A DNA stretch of 52,560 nt from Minutocellus sp. GHC0000111 (GCA_977018835.1 OZ361257.1:5518001-5570560), one strand, 5' to 3'. Numbered from the stretch's first letter, positions 35,401-47,282 are shown. Notes: a model not told the origin generated them from the letters alone. Made by a program: numbers and translations.

Positions 35401-36041
35401 GCAACCTCGAGATGGAGCTGGGCAAATCGACGCAAGAAACCGAGGAGCACAAGAACAAGAGGATGACGGCCAAGCACGAGCTGATGACGATACTGCGCAC
35501 ATTGGAGGCTGAGCAGTCCAACAGCAGCAAGCTGAGGGATAGTATCAAGTTCACGTTTACGCCCAAGGCATTGAGCCAACAGCAATTGATATCGGAGAGT
35601 CTCAAGGACTTTGAGATTGAATTGGAGCGCCTTTCCCGTCGACTGGGCAAGCCGCTACCCCCTCCTCCCATGTCGATGAATGGTCAAAGTAACGGTGGTG
35701 GCGACGATAGCAGCAGGGGTTCGTCATCCGGTGGTAGGAAGGGCGCCAACAAGTCCGAGACCGATTCCCAAACGCTTCTGGCTAATCTGGAGAGCGAAAC
35801 GCAAAAGGTCAGCCAGGCCATATTGAGGTTGCAGGTCAGCGTGGAGAGACTCCATGCCGTCATTGGCGACGATGGTGACGGTACCTGTGCCTCGGCCTTG
35901 CAGAACATATTTGCCCTGATGGCGCAAAGCCAAACCGGCTCGACATCGGTAGCGGCCGGATCCAACGAAATGAATGGCAGCCCCGTCGCTGGAGGTGGAG
36001 GACGGAAGAGCAAATATGGTTTGGTTCCGGAGGCTGACTAA
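32493..36041 (+). CDS. Long coiled-coil protein with internal tandem repeats (golgin/tether-like)
   Basis: 1182-aa ORF, E/K/A-rich heptad sequence, N-terminal DLLDVF/DLLSMD motifs, C-terminal KSKYGLV. Confidence 0.8.
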   Translation: MEDTSDDTSAATASEGAVDASAEAAPAVSEADATNEAAADDGAAEETNDDGAAPPTTAVVESAPAPTADLLDVFGAAPAPEAAAPADATAPAATGGGDMDLLSMDQPPTAAAAAATTNATNTTALEIELQRTKQQLQDTTALKQKLEASLDKLKKKAVERVKGCEQSLADERALNEERKRKMKVFVEAKAEELRAARAQNEKLQVEMEGLQKTLEEARDKQAAAAAEDGEKDTSTATEDDAELRAALDKVAELGKERDEALQKVEQVQSAAEQTAKDDAESKADTLARITALEKERDEALQQVDEVRGAAEQAAKDDTASKTDALNKISALAKERDEALKKIEEARVSPEQAAKDDEVKAIDALNMIAGLEKERDEALQKVEEAQSSAEQAAKDDSESKNNALARIAALEKERDEALQQVDEVRGAAEQAAKDDTASKTDALNMIAELEKERDEALQKVADAAKDDTEAQAALARIAELEKERDEALQKVADTAKDNDAKATDALNKIAGLEKERDEALQKIQEVQNAAEQAAEDVAKDNTEAQAALNKITELEKDRDEALQKIEEIRTSAEQTAKDDAESKADALARIAELEKERDEALQNIEQAAKDDTEAQAALTRIAELEKERDEALQKVEEAAKDDAESKADTLARIAELEKERDEALQKVEEAQSSAEQAAKNAKDEGLVKIAELEQERDEALEKVKEAKKNAEQAAKNAKDDAESNATLITEMQSSLEKQMSQRAEAEDKARKMAASMTEMQEQLDKFSDMEDKVEKMDASLVQMTADKSKLEVEVQKLREAREEAERKEILLTNRLNEAKKKEENKSNDAEQAEYAMTNLKKELEKTKEELQSTIEMKEKLEANMEKLKTKAVERVKGCEESLAEEKALNEERKRKMKVFVETKAEELRVTKEQNDELQTEVEELRTTLRETREKLEHVHAEWQKVQTRNRELMREMKSMKKNTEKMHKMGGNLEMELGKSTQETEEHKNKRMTAKHELMTILRTLEAEQSNSSKLRDSIKFTFTPKALSQQQLISESLKDFEIELERLSRRLGKPLPPPPMSMNGQSNGGGDDSSRGSSSGGRKGANKSETDSQTLLANLESETQKVSQAILRLQVSVERLHAVIGDDGDGTCASALQNIFALMAQSQTGSTSVAAGSNEMNGSPVAGGGGRKSKYGLVPEAD
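33225..34660 (+). repeat. Coding tandem repeat: 13 units of 31-42 aa (modal 39 aa / 117 bp), core LEKERDEALQK
   Basis: Thirteen copies of (K/Q)(E/D)RDEAL counted in the translation. The DNA core GAGAAGGAACGCGACGAGGC recurs with variants. Confidence 0.95.
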
Positions 36042-36083
36042 GTCCGAAATTAGAAAACTTCAATCTCTCAAGAACCGGCTAGG

Positions 36084-36097
36084 TAGCTACGTAGCTA
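36084..36097. promoter_or_regulatory. Palindrome TAGCTACGTAGCTA (member of a recurring intergenic motif)
   Basis: Exact AGCTACGTAGCT also occurs at 4451-4462 and 28076-28087, with near-copies at 12196-12207 and 21158-21169. All are intergenic. Confidence 0.45.
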
Positions 36098-36200
36098 GAT
36101 GGCGAAGCAAAACAACTACTATTAATCGCATGCTTATCAGTTACTAGTGTGTTTTATTTACTTTCATCTGCATCTCCTTGTTCTACCTGTAATCGCCTCT

Positions 36201-37079
36201 TTACTTATCTTGACTACTAGTAGTTGTCTCTTTGAATGTCTTGTTGAAATCTTCGTTCACTTGAGGGACGTCGGGGTGGACATGCTGAGTTTTGGTACGC
36301 TGCTTGCAGGCAACAATGAGAAGTATGGCGGCAAGAACAGTAATGACGCAAAGAACAACACCTTGATATGCCTGCAGAGTGCTAGAGCTTTGCTGCACCG
36401 GAAAGTTGAATACATGTACAAACATGGCCTTGTCTTCCTCGCCCATGGCTGAGTATTTCCCGATTGTCATCAGCTCGATACATATTTTGCCGTTATTAGT
36501 AGAGGTCTCCAAGAAATTGTTGGAATGGCTGCGCCACTGGTAGTCGGGAATAGCAATGGCGAGTGAGATTGTTTCGTTAGACAGGCCTTCAGCTCCACTG
36601 ATCTTCACCGAAACATCTGAGCGACCTGGGACGGTTATGTTGGCGGGTGAGTCACCAACACAATCTCCATCCCATAGACTTATTACTTGATATCCAGAAT
36701 GAGGGAATATGGCGATGGCATCGAGTGTGTTGTTGGAGCTTGGTGTGATTAAAAGTTCATAGTCCTCTTTTGAGTACTGATGTATGTAGTGTGAACTATC
36801 AGTAGTTGTCTCCTGTATCTGGCGACGAAGGTGCCTGTCGCTGTTAGAGGAGGAGCCTGAAAAGCACAGCACGTTCGGGAGGAGAATTACATTGCATATG
36901 AGAAAAGAGCCACCAAACGCCGCGGCGATGCTTTTGACTGCAGAGATCGCATTGATAAAATGTACAAATATGCTCGCTTATTTCTCCCAAGCTTTACACA
37001 CAAGTACATCAAAGGGTTGTTGCTTACACGTGCTAGTAGCGAGGAGGACGGCGATTGAAATGAACCGAAAAAGAATCAT
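36201..37079 (-). CDS. Hypothetical type I membrane protein
   Basis: Exon 37079-37028 encodes a signal peptide (MILFRFISIAVLLATST). GT-AG intron 36857..37027 joins in frame to ORF 36201..36872, which has a C-terminal TM segment GVVLCVITVLAAILLIVAC. Confidence 0.65.
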
Positions 37080-37369
37080 CTTTAATAATTGTTTGTATTA
37101 TTGTGCATATGTTCTGAATTATGAGCCGATTCGATTCGCTCAATCGGCCGCTATGCGAAGCTTTGGGAAAAGGTAGGCTCTTCTTCCTTCCAGGGAATTC
37201 CTTGCTCCATGTCGACCGATGCGAAGCATGGCATTTGACATGAAATTACTCCAACCACCACTAAGAAGCTGGACTGTAGCTAAAACAAAACATAAACTTT
37301 CTCAGGAGTTTACCGTGAGTTGGTACTACCAAGCAAGTGCATATAGAAACTTGCACTGGAAAATACCTC

Positions 37370-37837
37370 CTACACCCAATCGAAACTGGCAGTCGACGAC
37401 AGTCCATCCTGGATCGTGTAGTCCTTGTTCTCCACGACGTCGAGGTCGACGTACTCGAACCAAAACTTGTGCTTCTTCGTGGCGAGTAGGTACTTCTTGG
37501 CATAGAATATCCTCACCCCCTTGGCCTCGAACTGCGATTTGTACTTCCGCACGACGTCCTTGGCGTTTTCGAAGTAGGTCGGCACGGTCTTGCCCCTGGC
37601 GTTGTTGATCTCCTCGCGCATGCTGGCGGCGACGTCGACCAGACCCTTGGATTTGAGGAGGGTAAGGACGAGGGCGTTGGGCTCGTTGAGGCCCTGGCCG
37701 AACCGCCCTATCTTGCCCCCCTTGCCGTCACCGTAGCATACCTGAGAGACGACGCCACGCGGCAGATCCTTCTTGAGGACCTGCCCTCCCGGGAAGGCAA
37801 CTTGGTCGCCCGTGTCCTTTGATGCCTGGTTGCCCAT
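37370..37837 (-). CDS. Small hypothetical protein with N-myristoylation-type start (MGNQAS)
   Basis: Strong GC3 codon bias; ATG at 37837 gives MGxxxS. Confidence 0.7.
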   Translation of the reverse strand: MGNQASKDTGDQVAFPGGQVLKKDLPRGVVSQVCYGDGKGGKIGRFGQGLNEPNALVLTLLKSKGLVDVAASMREEINNARGKTVPTYFENAKDVVRKYKSQFEAKGVRIFYAKKYLLATKKHKFWFEYVDLDVVENKDYTIQDGLSSTASFDWV

Positions 37838-38418
37838 GCTCACACTGTGCTTCTTGAGGCTACGCAGCAGCTAGCTTGTGAGAATCAAAAGTCTATTCGT
37901 GTTGGACTTTGATTAGCAACCGCAGCATCGATAAAGCACATGCGCTATTGTTGTGCGGCGTACATGCATGATGAGCATTCGTCAGCTCGCTCATGTTCAT
38001 TCCTGCGGCATCCATCTTTTTGCTTGGTATGATGTGCTTTTGTGCTGCGGCGCTTTGGGTTTTCGGCCGGAGGGAATTGCATAATTATTTTAATTTCGGG
38101 GTAAGTCCCCCTCAAAATGCCGGCACAAGATGTGCTTTCGCTCTCACAGTGTGCCTGTGCCGTTGTATCTCCCCCACATCAGATACAACCCACGCCCAAA
38201 CCCCAGGCATAGCACCCACGGCATTGGATACGCACCGATCGACTCGGTTGCCATTCGGTATTTGCATTCCATCGCTCCCCTTTGTGCTACGGTATCGTTT
38301 CCTTGGGCCATTGCATGCAGCAGCAGCAGCAACAACGACTGACTGCCTGGCCATAACTATCGAAAATTTAGCCGTGTTGTTCCCCACCTGCGACCTACAC
38401 CAAAAATAATTTAGGAGG

Positions 38419-41225
38419 ATGACTGCCACGACCAGCCACGACGACAACGACGAGCAGCAAAGCGCCGCCCCACCATCTGCCGAGGGTTCCCCCGGCAATC
38501 GAAGCGAGGGTTCGTCTCCGGGAATGATGACGCGGAGCATGGCGAACAGTACCCCTGCCGCGAGCACCACCACCAGCGGCCGACCGGGCCGACCGGCGGG
38601 ACCCCGCCGAACGAGCACGGCCGACACGGCCACCATGACGGGGGCCGCGACGGTCCCGCCCGCCTCGAGCTCGACGCTGCCGTCGGCGGAGAACTCGCCC
38701 CGGGAGGGTGGTGCTGGTGGTGCAGGTCCAGGCGGGAACAGTAGAACCAACAGCAACAACGGCCGCAACGTCCGTACGAGCCCGAACAACGCGTCCCACC
38801 TTGCGACGGGGGCCACGGTGCCCGGCGGGCAGCGGGTTCCGTCCATCGCGCGCCGGTCGGTCTCGTCCGGCAGCGGCGACGGCGGTGGGTTTGGCAGTGG
38901 CGGCGGTGGTGCGGCTCCCTCGGCATCGTCGGGTCCCCGACGGTCGGCCCGCCACCAGAACCAGCCTGGCAGTGGCGGTCCCGGACACATGAACTCGAAC
39001 GCGAGCGGCACTGGTTCGGGTGGTAGCCAGGAGCCGCCCCGGATGGCCCCCACGGGCGTCAACGTGGTCCCCGGCCGCCTGGCCTCGTCCACCACCGGTG
39101 CCGGCGTCGGACCCGGCGGAGCTGCCACTGCTGCTGCCTCTGCCTCCGGCGCCCGGTGCATCAACCCGGCCAACGAGATCAACTCCCGCCTCGACGCCCA
39201 CGTCGAGGTCAAGGTGTACCCGTGCAACAACAACGCGTCGTCCTCCCAGCAAAACAAGAAGAACAAGTTTACCCAGTTCACCATCAAGCCCGAGGGGGTC
39301 ATCATCCAAGGTGCCAACTCCCGCCATCGGACGGCCCAGTCCGGCAGCGGCGACCTCGGGGCCGAGTACGCCAAGCACATTGGTCGGAAGCTGAGGAGGT
39401 ACGAGCTCAGTGATACCCGCGCCTGTCAGCTGCTGGTGACGACGCACGGGGGGTCGTACTGGGCCGTCCCTGCTCCCGAGGCCTTTAGCAGGCATTCCGG
39501 CACGTGCCGGCTGTTGGGCGATCGCAAGCATCCCCTGGCCAGCCACACCTTGCAGGTGGGAGACTTTTTGAGGGTCGGCAGCGTCGGGGTGGTGGTCATT
39601 GAAACGCACGATGGGACGGAAAACAAGATTTTGAGCGAGGACAAGATCAAGAAGATCATCAAGGACACCACCAGCGGCAACGGTGGATTCCTGGACTTTG
39701 GCGAGACCGAGGACGGTGAGTTTCAGTTTGGCTTGGGTTGTTATCCGTGATATATATGCCAAATAAATGTCGCCGAGGCAAATATGGAATTGAAATTGAA
39801 TTGGATATCATCTCACATCGCAAGCATCTTTCCTTTGACTTCATGGGCCAACTCCAAACAGAAAACTCGGACGATTCCGACATGGACGGACCGCCCGGAG
39901 CCCGCGCCGGCGCCGGAGGGCAGGGCGGCGGCGGCATGCTCAACGACTCCCCGACGTGCTACATGTGCTTCGACGACGAGGACACCGAGGAGAATCCCCT
40001 CATCACCCCCTGCAAGTGCCGCGGCGACACCCGCTACGTCCACGTCAGCTGCCTGCGCAAGTGGCACACGGCCGAGGCCGACAACCAGATCTGCTTCCTG
40101 TCGTCGGTCGACGCCACCTGCTCCGTGTGCAAGACGACCTTCAAGTCCGACTTTCGCCTCAAGGACGGCCGGACCATGAAGCTGTTCAAGTCCAGCCTCG
40201 AGCCGCCCTACGTGTCCCTCCTCGTGGCGACCAAGCACGAGATGGCCCAGAGGCTGTTCAACACCCGCTTCCAGCTGTCGTTCTCGACGCTGATGAAGCC
40301 CGATGGCAAGAACGGTACCCGCCCCCTCCTCCTCGGCCGATCGTCCGGTTCCGACATGGTCCTGGACTACCGCACCGTGTCGGCCCGTCACGCCTCCATC
40401 AAATTCAAGAACGGGGAGTTCATCTTCACCGATGCCGGCTCGTCCAACGGGTCGTACCTCTACCTCCGCCGGCCCGTCGAGCTGACGCCCCAGCAGCCCG
40501 TCCAGTTCCGCCTCGGCCGGTCCATGATCTCCATGAAGGTCAACAGCAAGTGGAACGAGCGGTTGCTCCGCACCATCCGCAACCGTGGCGGGTCCTCGTC
40601 CAACGACGCCTCGGGTGAAGGCGACGACCACTCCGTCGGCAGCAACGAGGACGACGTCCGCGTCATCTCCGACGAGGACGGCACCATCTCCCGCACCGTC
40701 CCCAAGCGGACGAGGGAGTCCATCATCGAATCCATGCCGCCCCCGGGCAAGCTGCTGCAGTCGTCCCCGAAGCATTTGGACCTGCTGTACGCCCTGGCCT
40801 ATCCCCGGCGGCAGGAGAAGAATGCGCAGAGCTTCAACAAGCAGGGCAGCAACGTCGCGGCCAAGAATACGAATCATCAGGCATTCCTGTCGTCGTTGAC
40901 CGGCGGTGGGGCCACACCTGCGGCGCCTGTGGCTTTGCCGGCGGTGGCAGCGTCGTCGTCTGGAGCCGAAGCTGAAGCTGGAGATGCCGTAGACATGAGC
41001 CTGGAGCAGCAGCTGGAAGAGGAGGGAGAGGACAGCAAGGTGGAGGAGTCCTCGGACGGAGCTGGAGCCGCTGCCGACGATGAGGACAGCGATGATTTGA
41101 ACGATGAGATCAAGGATAGTGAGGATGTCATGGTGTTGGACGATATTGCTGAGAATATGGATGTTGAGGGTGGCAATAACAATGTCGCTGCCGACGAGGA
41201 AGAGGTGGGTGAGGTGTTGGTATGA
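38419..41225 (+). CDS. RINGv (C4HC3, MARCH-type) + FHA-domain E3 ubiquitin ligase
   Basis: Intron 39716..39861. RINGv: CYMCFDDEDTEENPLITPCKCRGDTRYVHVSCLRKW...CSVCK. FHA: LLGRSSGSDMVLDYRTVSARHA...DAGSSNGSY. An additional FHA-like strand LQVGDFLRVGS lies in exon 1. Confidence 0.88.
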
Positions 41226-41736
41226 AAGGCCAGAGAGTTTCCGGAGGAGCGGAAGAAAGAAACAAAATGAAAGAAGGACCCTTAACGAAAGCAGAGCCAT
41301 CAGTGCGTGCAAATACCACAAATCGAACTATACTAATAGAAGTGTTGAATCAGCATTAGCCTTTGTCTTGACGGTACGTGTACCGGTACCTTGTATCGCC
41401 GTTCAAACCTTTCCCATTTATTTTTCATGGCAGATCAGGGGGTTCTCTTTTTACTCACCCCTCAAATCTTTTGAGAAAACGGCGCAATGAAGACGACGAT
41501 GGCATTGGACCGGCAGGCCCGACGGTTGCCTTGTACTAGTAGCGCTGTAGCTACCCCAAGGGAACACCAACCTGTTGCAAAGGCCTTCATCGAAGTCAAA
41601 GGGGCACCATATTGCCCCGTGCGACCCTCTAATCCTGCGCATTCCCTCGTATCTTCGGCCAGAAACACATACATCACATGCTCGCACAGAAATTCTTTGG
41701 AACGGAGAGAGGAAACTGCGAGAAATCAGTAGAAAG

Positions 41737-44700
41737 ATGAACCGTTACGACGACGATGGAAATGCCCATCGGCCACGGTACGATGATGACAATGTCTCCC
41801 ATGCATCGGGTCGGTCGTACCACTCGTCGTCATCGGCACCGTCGCGCCGTTCTCAGCTACCGGTCATGCCGCAGCACAGTCACATGCAGCACCAGCAGCA
41901 AAGCGAATACCGCCGTTATGCCGCCTCCGACGTCGGTGGTTCGTCGTCTGCATGGAACGGTCCGTCAATGCGATTGCCGCAGCACCAACCGCAGCAATTA
42001 CATTATCAATCTCACCACCACCAGGAACGAACGACGTACGCCCGATCGACCGTGTTCGACAATCGGCACAGCGGAGGAGAGAGCAACACCGACCTCGTCA
42101 AGGGAATATTTCGCGCGGCGTCGGCGGCACGACGAAGACGGACGGGATCGTTCGATGCTGGACATGCGCGGCAGCAGCAACAACGGCAGGGCGGGGTGGT
42201 GGATTTGAATACAGAACTGGGCGGGCAGACGAAAAGGGGGCAATCAACCCGACAGCAGCATCGACAATCTCAACAGCAAGTGCAAGAGCAAACGGAAGCG
42301 GAGGCGGAGGAGCAGACGGCCGCTCAGTTCGCCCGCCAATCGTCCATTGCGGGATATCTGTCCAAATTGGGAAGTACCATACCGACGTACAAGCGACGGT
42401 TCTTCGTCCTCAAGCCGCAGACGTTGCTGTACTACTTTGTCAGTGCCGACGATGTTGAGCCCAGGGGATGTATTGAATTGGACGATCACGTCGTGGTCGG
42501 ACGAGAAATTGAACGCTTGGACGATGGACGGTGCCGCTTTGAGATTTGGGTCGGTGGCGGTAATGACGATGGTGGTGATAGCAATGCAGCCAGGGCCGAC
42601 GCAAGGGGTGACAATGAGCGACGTCGCGTCGTTCTGGAGGCACCGAATGAAGAAACGGCCCACAAGTGGATGGAAGCAATATCGACCGAACGATTGTCGC
42701 ATACCAAATCTGTCATTGCCAAGGCCCAAGAGAGGGAGAGAGACCTGCAAGATAGAATCAAATCACTGGAAAAGGAGTTGGAGGCGATGCGAGCGATCAA
42801 GGCGGAGCGGGATACGGCCCTGGAGGATGTGCAGCACTGGAGGCGCCGACATGAGGAGTTGGATGAGGGTGTACGTTTGTTGACCCGGGTGGTTCGGCGT
42901 CCACCTGCCACTGCTGGAAAGAAGGCAGATAGCGATAGCAGCGATAGCGATGATCAAGACAACAAACAAACGGAAGAAGAGCAGCAGCTGCTGGATCTGT
43001 CCATCCCTGATACTAGCTTCGCCTCGTTGAGGAATGCCATGGGACAACTCCGCTCGACGTCTCATTTGGCCGCAAAGGACGCCGAGTCAGCGACGGAACG
43101 AGTATCATCCTTGGAAACATCACTATCCGAGGCAGAGGAACGGATACAGCATTTGGAACGTGAAAGCATCATCCTTCGCCAGGACAGTCAACGAAGAAAG
43201 CGCGACAATAAGATTTTGGTCAAGGAGGTGAAGAATTTGCGTCGTTCGATGGAGGAGAGTCGTATTGAGGAGGACGGACGAAAGAAGAGCGCCAACGAAG
43301 CTGGAAAATTGATGGCCGAACTTGAGGCGCATGTCGCCACGACGCTTCAGCTTCAACAAAAGCTACTATCCGTTTCTAGTTCTGGGGACAACGAAGCCAA
43401 AGAAATGGTAGAATCAGATGCAGAGGATGCTGCGCTAGCAGCGACAAAGTCTGAAAAGGGTGATAATGGGCAAGAGGCTGACGAAAAAGCTCAAACCGCC
43501 AATGTTCCAAGCCCCTCTAAAACGCCGACGAAAGATAATACGCATAAGGCACTCGCCTCAAGTAGAGAAGATGATGCGGCCCGACCCCCAGTCTTCAGTG
43601 ATTCGCCGTCTCCCATTGCACCTACCAAACTTGCCTTGGTTGATACCAAGGACGAAGTCAAAGCCACAAAAGGATCTCTTATCGACGATGAGTCGGACGA
43701 TGAGGAAGATAGTGATGCTGAACCCAATGCCATAATCACGGAAACAGGGCAAGCAACATCTCGACTCACGTGTCCTCTAGTGGACATCTCGTCCACGAAC
43801 AACACCACTGGCAGGGCGTCGATTGAATCGGCCGCATCTGCACTCAGTGCTACTGGCGGTGAAATGTACCACCTCACATTCCTCTCAAAGAAGATTGGAT
43901 TGCAATTTCAGAAGGTTCCGACATCTTCGGCCAAGCGTGGGTCGCTATCAAGCGCATTGGCGGATGCACCTGATCGTAGCCGTGTCGAAGATGGTGAATT
44001 AGGACAGATCGCCGCCATCGCGCGTCGGTCTGAGGCCAACGATGGTGCCCAGCAAGATGTAAATGCCAAGGTAGCCATGCCCATCGATGTTGTGTTGGTC
44101 TGTGGTTTTCATGGGTTTGATGGTAACGTCAACCCAAAGCGACCGGACCTTGGAGCTAGACTTGTGGCCTTTGATGGCATCAGCGTTGAACTAGGATCTT
44201 GGACATTTGATAGTATTCGCAGAGGCATTCAGGCGCGCAGTCGGCCCATCACGCTTAGCTTTAGGAATGATCCGCTGAGCATTCAGCAGCGAGAGATATT
44301 GACAAAGGCCGTGGCCGAGTTGAATCATTCGACGCCGCCGGTCCCCCGTCCCTTCCCATCTTATCAAACGAAGGGACAGGCTAATTTTATGCGCGGCACT
44401 GAGGATGATACATCGTCTGTTGGCACCTTCCGTTCCAACTTTAGTTCTTTGATGCCAGAGCCGCCACCATCTCCCGGCGGTGATTCCTTTGTGTCCTCGT
44501 CGAGTGCGGCCAGTTCCTTCATCGGTCGGCTTCACCATGCCCATTCTGCGTCCGGCTTTGGTGACACGGAAGCATCCGGACACGCTGATGAATCATCTTA
44601 CCAATCCTTCCGCGATATTCCATCTGTTAGGAATGGCGCTGGGCCTGGAGATGCATCGAGCGTGATATCCACAGGCTCGGCTCGAAGCCGAGCAAGTGGA

Positions 44701-44829
44701 TTCTTCTCCGGCATTGCCGGCAAAGGGCCAAAGAACAAGGACGAGAAGAAGCCCAAATTCATGACACAGAAGAGCGGCTCTCTCAATTACCACCAGCACC
44801 ATCGCGACTTCGAAGCTAGTCTCTTGTAA
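41737..44829 (+). CDS. PH-domain coiled-coil protein with C-terminal PDZ-like segment
   Basis: PH: AGYLSKLGSTIPTYKRRFFVLKPQTLLYYF...PRGCIEL...LEAPNEETAHKWMEAI. Coiled coils follow. PDZ-like: KKIGLQF...LGARLVAFDGISV...RPITLSFR. Probable ATG at 41737. Confidence 0.82.
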   Translation: MNRYDDDGNAHRPRYDDDNVSHASGRSYHSSSSAPSRRSQLPVMPQHSHMQHQQQSEYRRYAASDVGGSSSAWNGPSMRLPQHQPQQLHYQSHHHQERTTYARSTVFDNRHSGGESNTDLVKGIFRAASAARRRRTGSFDAGHARQQQQRQGGVVDLNTELGGQTKRGQSTRQQHRQSQQQVQEQTEAEAEEQTAAQFARQSSIAGYLSKLGSTIPTYKRRFFVLKPQTLLYYFVSADDVEPRGCIELDDHVVVGREIERLDDGRCRFEIWVGGGNDDGGDSNAARADARGDNERRRVVLEAPNEETAHKWMEAISTERLSHTKSVIAKAQERERDLQDRIKSLEKELEAMRAIKAERDTALEDVQHWRRRHEELDEGVRLLTRVVRRPPATAGKKADSDSSDSDDQDNKQTEEEQQLLDLSIPDTSFASLRNAMGQLRSTSHLAAKDAESATERVSSLETSLSEAEERIQHLERESIILRQDSQRRKRDNKILVKEVKNLRRSMEESRIEEDGRKKSANEAGKLMAELEAHVATTLQLQQKLLSVSSSGDNEAKEMVESDAEDAALAATKSEKGDNGQEADEKAQTANVPSPSKTPTKDNTHKALASSREDDAARPPVFSDSPSPIAPTKLALVDTKDEVKATKGSLIDDESDDEEDSDAEPNAIITETGQATSRLTCPLVDISSTNNTTGRASIESAASALSATGGEMYHLTFLSKKIGLQFQKVPTSSAKRGSLSSALADAPDRSRVEDGELGQIAAIARRSEANDGAQQDVNAKVAMPIDVVLVCGFHGFDGNVNPKRPDLGARLVAFDGISVELGSWTFDSIRRGIQARSRPITLSFRNDPLSIQQREILTKAVAELNHSTPPVPRPFPSYQTKGQANFMRGTEDDTSSVGTFRSNFSSLMPEPPPSPGGDSFVSSSSAASSFIGRLHHAHSASGFGDTEASGHADESSYQSFRDIPSVRNGAGPGDASSVISTGSARSRASGFFSGIAGKGPKNKDEKKPKFMTQKSGSLNYHQHHRDFEASLL

Positions 44830-44955
44830 CACTAACGATTGTAACTTAACTTTATGAAGGTGTCTAACCCTGTAGTGTGCATTTGAAGTACCAATGAAGT
44901 AAGTAAACGTGAAGGTTCTTACAATATGTGATTTTATGGTTTCATACGCATCTAT

Positions 44956-46757
44956 CTATGATATTTGCCTTCGTCGAGGTGTTCTATCTGCAGCCACGAT
45001 GGCAGCGTCGGTGACCTTGGTAAAGTCAATCTTGGGCCAGGATTTCTTGGGTGGCGAGCTGCCACCAGCCGACAGTGAGCTCTGGATGACCGTGGCCTTC
45101 TTGATGCCCACCGATCTCTGGAGGGTCATACCGTCAGCACCAACGGGGGAGGAACGGATCCGATCGATGACGTCCCGTCCAGTGATAACCTCGCCAAAGC
45201 AGGGGTCGGCAGAGGCGGTGCCCAGACCAAGCTTGTTGTGCTCTTGTGCACCGGGACCGTGCAGATCGGTGTTGTCCTCGGTGTTGATGTAGAATCCGTT
45301 GGATCCCTCGGCAGCGACAAAGCCCAGGGTGTACTCGGTGTGGGCATAGTTGGAGTTATAATCTGGGAAGGAAGGGCGGAGCAAGCCAGCATCCTCAAAG
45401 GGGGTCATCTTATCCTGCTCGGCGACGGTATAGGACTCGGGACTGGCCTTGATGAGATGTCCAGCCGAAAGGGGGAAGGAGCATCCATCCCAAAGCCCAT
45501 GCTCGACCATCTCGAGGAAGACGTGGACAGAGTGTGGCATGTAGTGCTCGGAGGCAAGTTTCACAACAAAAGAGGATGACTTGGTGTTCTCATCGTCATC
45601 TGGGAAGTCCAGCTCGAATCGAACATAGTGAGGTCCTTCACCATATCTGTTTTTTTAGGGATGGGTAGAAAGTAAGACGAGAGAAACAGAGGTTAGAGAA
45701 CTTGCATGTGCTTGATATATCAATGAATCAACACCCAATCAATAGGCATGTTTACAGGCCAGCACTTAATACACTTACTTGTCCTGAATGGCCCTCCAGG
45801 CGCAATCTGAATGTCCCTCCACAGGCCCTGCACCCGATCCCTCCTCCGGTCGGTCGCCTCGGAGGCGGCATAAAACTCCTTCTTCTTGCCCTCGACATCG
45901 AGAGCGCCGCCGGTATCGCCGCTGCTCGACGTCCGTTCGGTGTGCTCCCTGCTGACCTCCTCGACGCTGTCCTGCAGCTTTTGGTTCATCCGGCGCAGTC
46001 GGTTGGCATCGCGGCCCATCTGCCGGATGTTGCTTTCGAGGGTGTTGAGGTGGGAGGTGGTCTGGCGACGGTGCTGGCTGGTCTGGGACAGGTAGGCATC
46101 GATGGCCGCGACGCGGCGGTTGGATTGCAGATACAGGACGGTGGTGGTCACGACGGCCACGAACAGGAGGGCGCGGAGGGCGTTGAGAGCGGCACCAGAT
46201 GTTGAGCTGGAGGTGCTGGTTCTGGTGGTGTCGTCGCCGTAGTATCTGGCATGATGAGGAAAGTGAGTCGCGAATGGACTGCGGCTGCCGTATCTTCTGC
46301 TTTCCTCCTCATCGTCGTCGAGTGAATCGTCGTTCGAGTTGAGCGACGATGTGCTGGAATTTTCATCGTCGTGCTGATCTTCGCCTATGGTCTCGGAGAT
46401 GGCGCCGATCACAATCTCTGTGCTGCCGCTGCTGATGCTGTGGATGCTGGAACCGACCGAGCTGCCGGTCAGGGATGGGCAGGAGCTGAGGGTCGGTCGA
46501 TGGCTACTTCTGCCGCCGATCAGGGCACGCTTTCTGCTGATCTTGGGACTTTGCAAGTCGGCTGAAGATGAGGAGGACATGGTATCGTCAGTCGCGGCGA
46601 ACGAGGTGGTGGTACCGATCGCTGCGGCCCCACTGTTGGCATTCACGGATGGACTGCTACCGATGATCCGGTCTTGGCCATCACTGGCGCTACTTATGTC
46701 CGAGGCGAGGCTGCTGCCATCGCAGGTTGGGGCGTACTCTTGCCTTACAATCACCAT
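44956..46757 (-). CDS. Type II membrane protein with coiled coil and cyclophilin-like (PPIase-fold) domain
   Basis: Exon 1 has a TM segment (ALLFVAVVTTTVLYL) and a coiled coil. Intron 45647..45778. Exon 2 reads YGEGPHYVRFEL...MPHSVHVFLEMV...HTEYTLGF...FYINTEDN...DPCFGEVITGRDVIDRI. A one-base frameshift is needed near 45800. Confidence 0.75.
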
Positions 46758-47282
46758 GTTTGATGTGTAATATGGATGTATCTATTGTCAGTATATGCCA
46801 ACGGTCCTTCAATACTGTCAACTGTGGGCTTCTCCTTCGTGATGCAGCGGTGAAAGGGGGTGGTTGTTGCTGCTGCTGTTTTTCGTCCACAGTCACGCTT
46901 TTCATACCAAGATTTGGGAGAGGTTCTTTTATGCCCCAAAGCCTGATCTTGAATTTCTGGTCGTTGAATTTTGAATGTACATCCACGTCATTTTGTACTA
47001 AAAAACACCTCTTCTACCGCTCATTTCCGTTCCAGTTCACTCTTAAGCCCAGGTTCTAATTGATGCAATGTGATGTAATGAAGAAAGAAGTCATTCGCTC
47101 GTCAACCGACGAGACAGCGAGGCAGAGCCATGCGCGCGCGCGCAGAGGCCACCTTGTACACGTATTATTGTGAAGAGGATAGCCGGACTGTATCTGGCTC
47201 ACTCCCTGTAAATATTCTGCTTGTGGAAAGGGTTCCACGCACAGTATCTTACCTTCTCATTCCAAAGACTCCCGCTCGCAAC

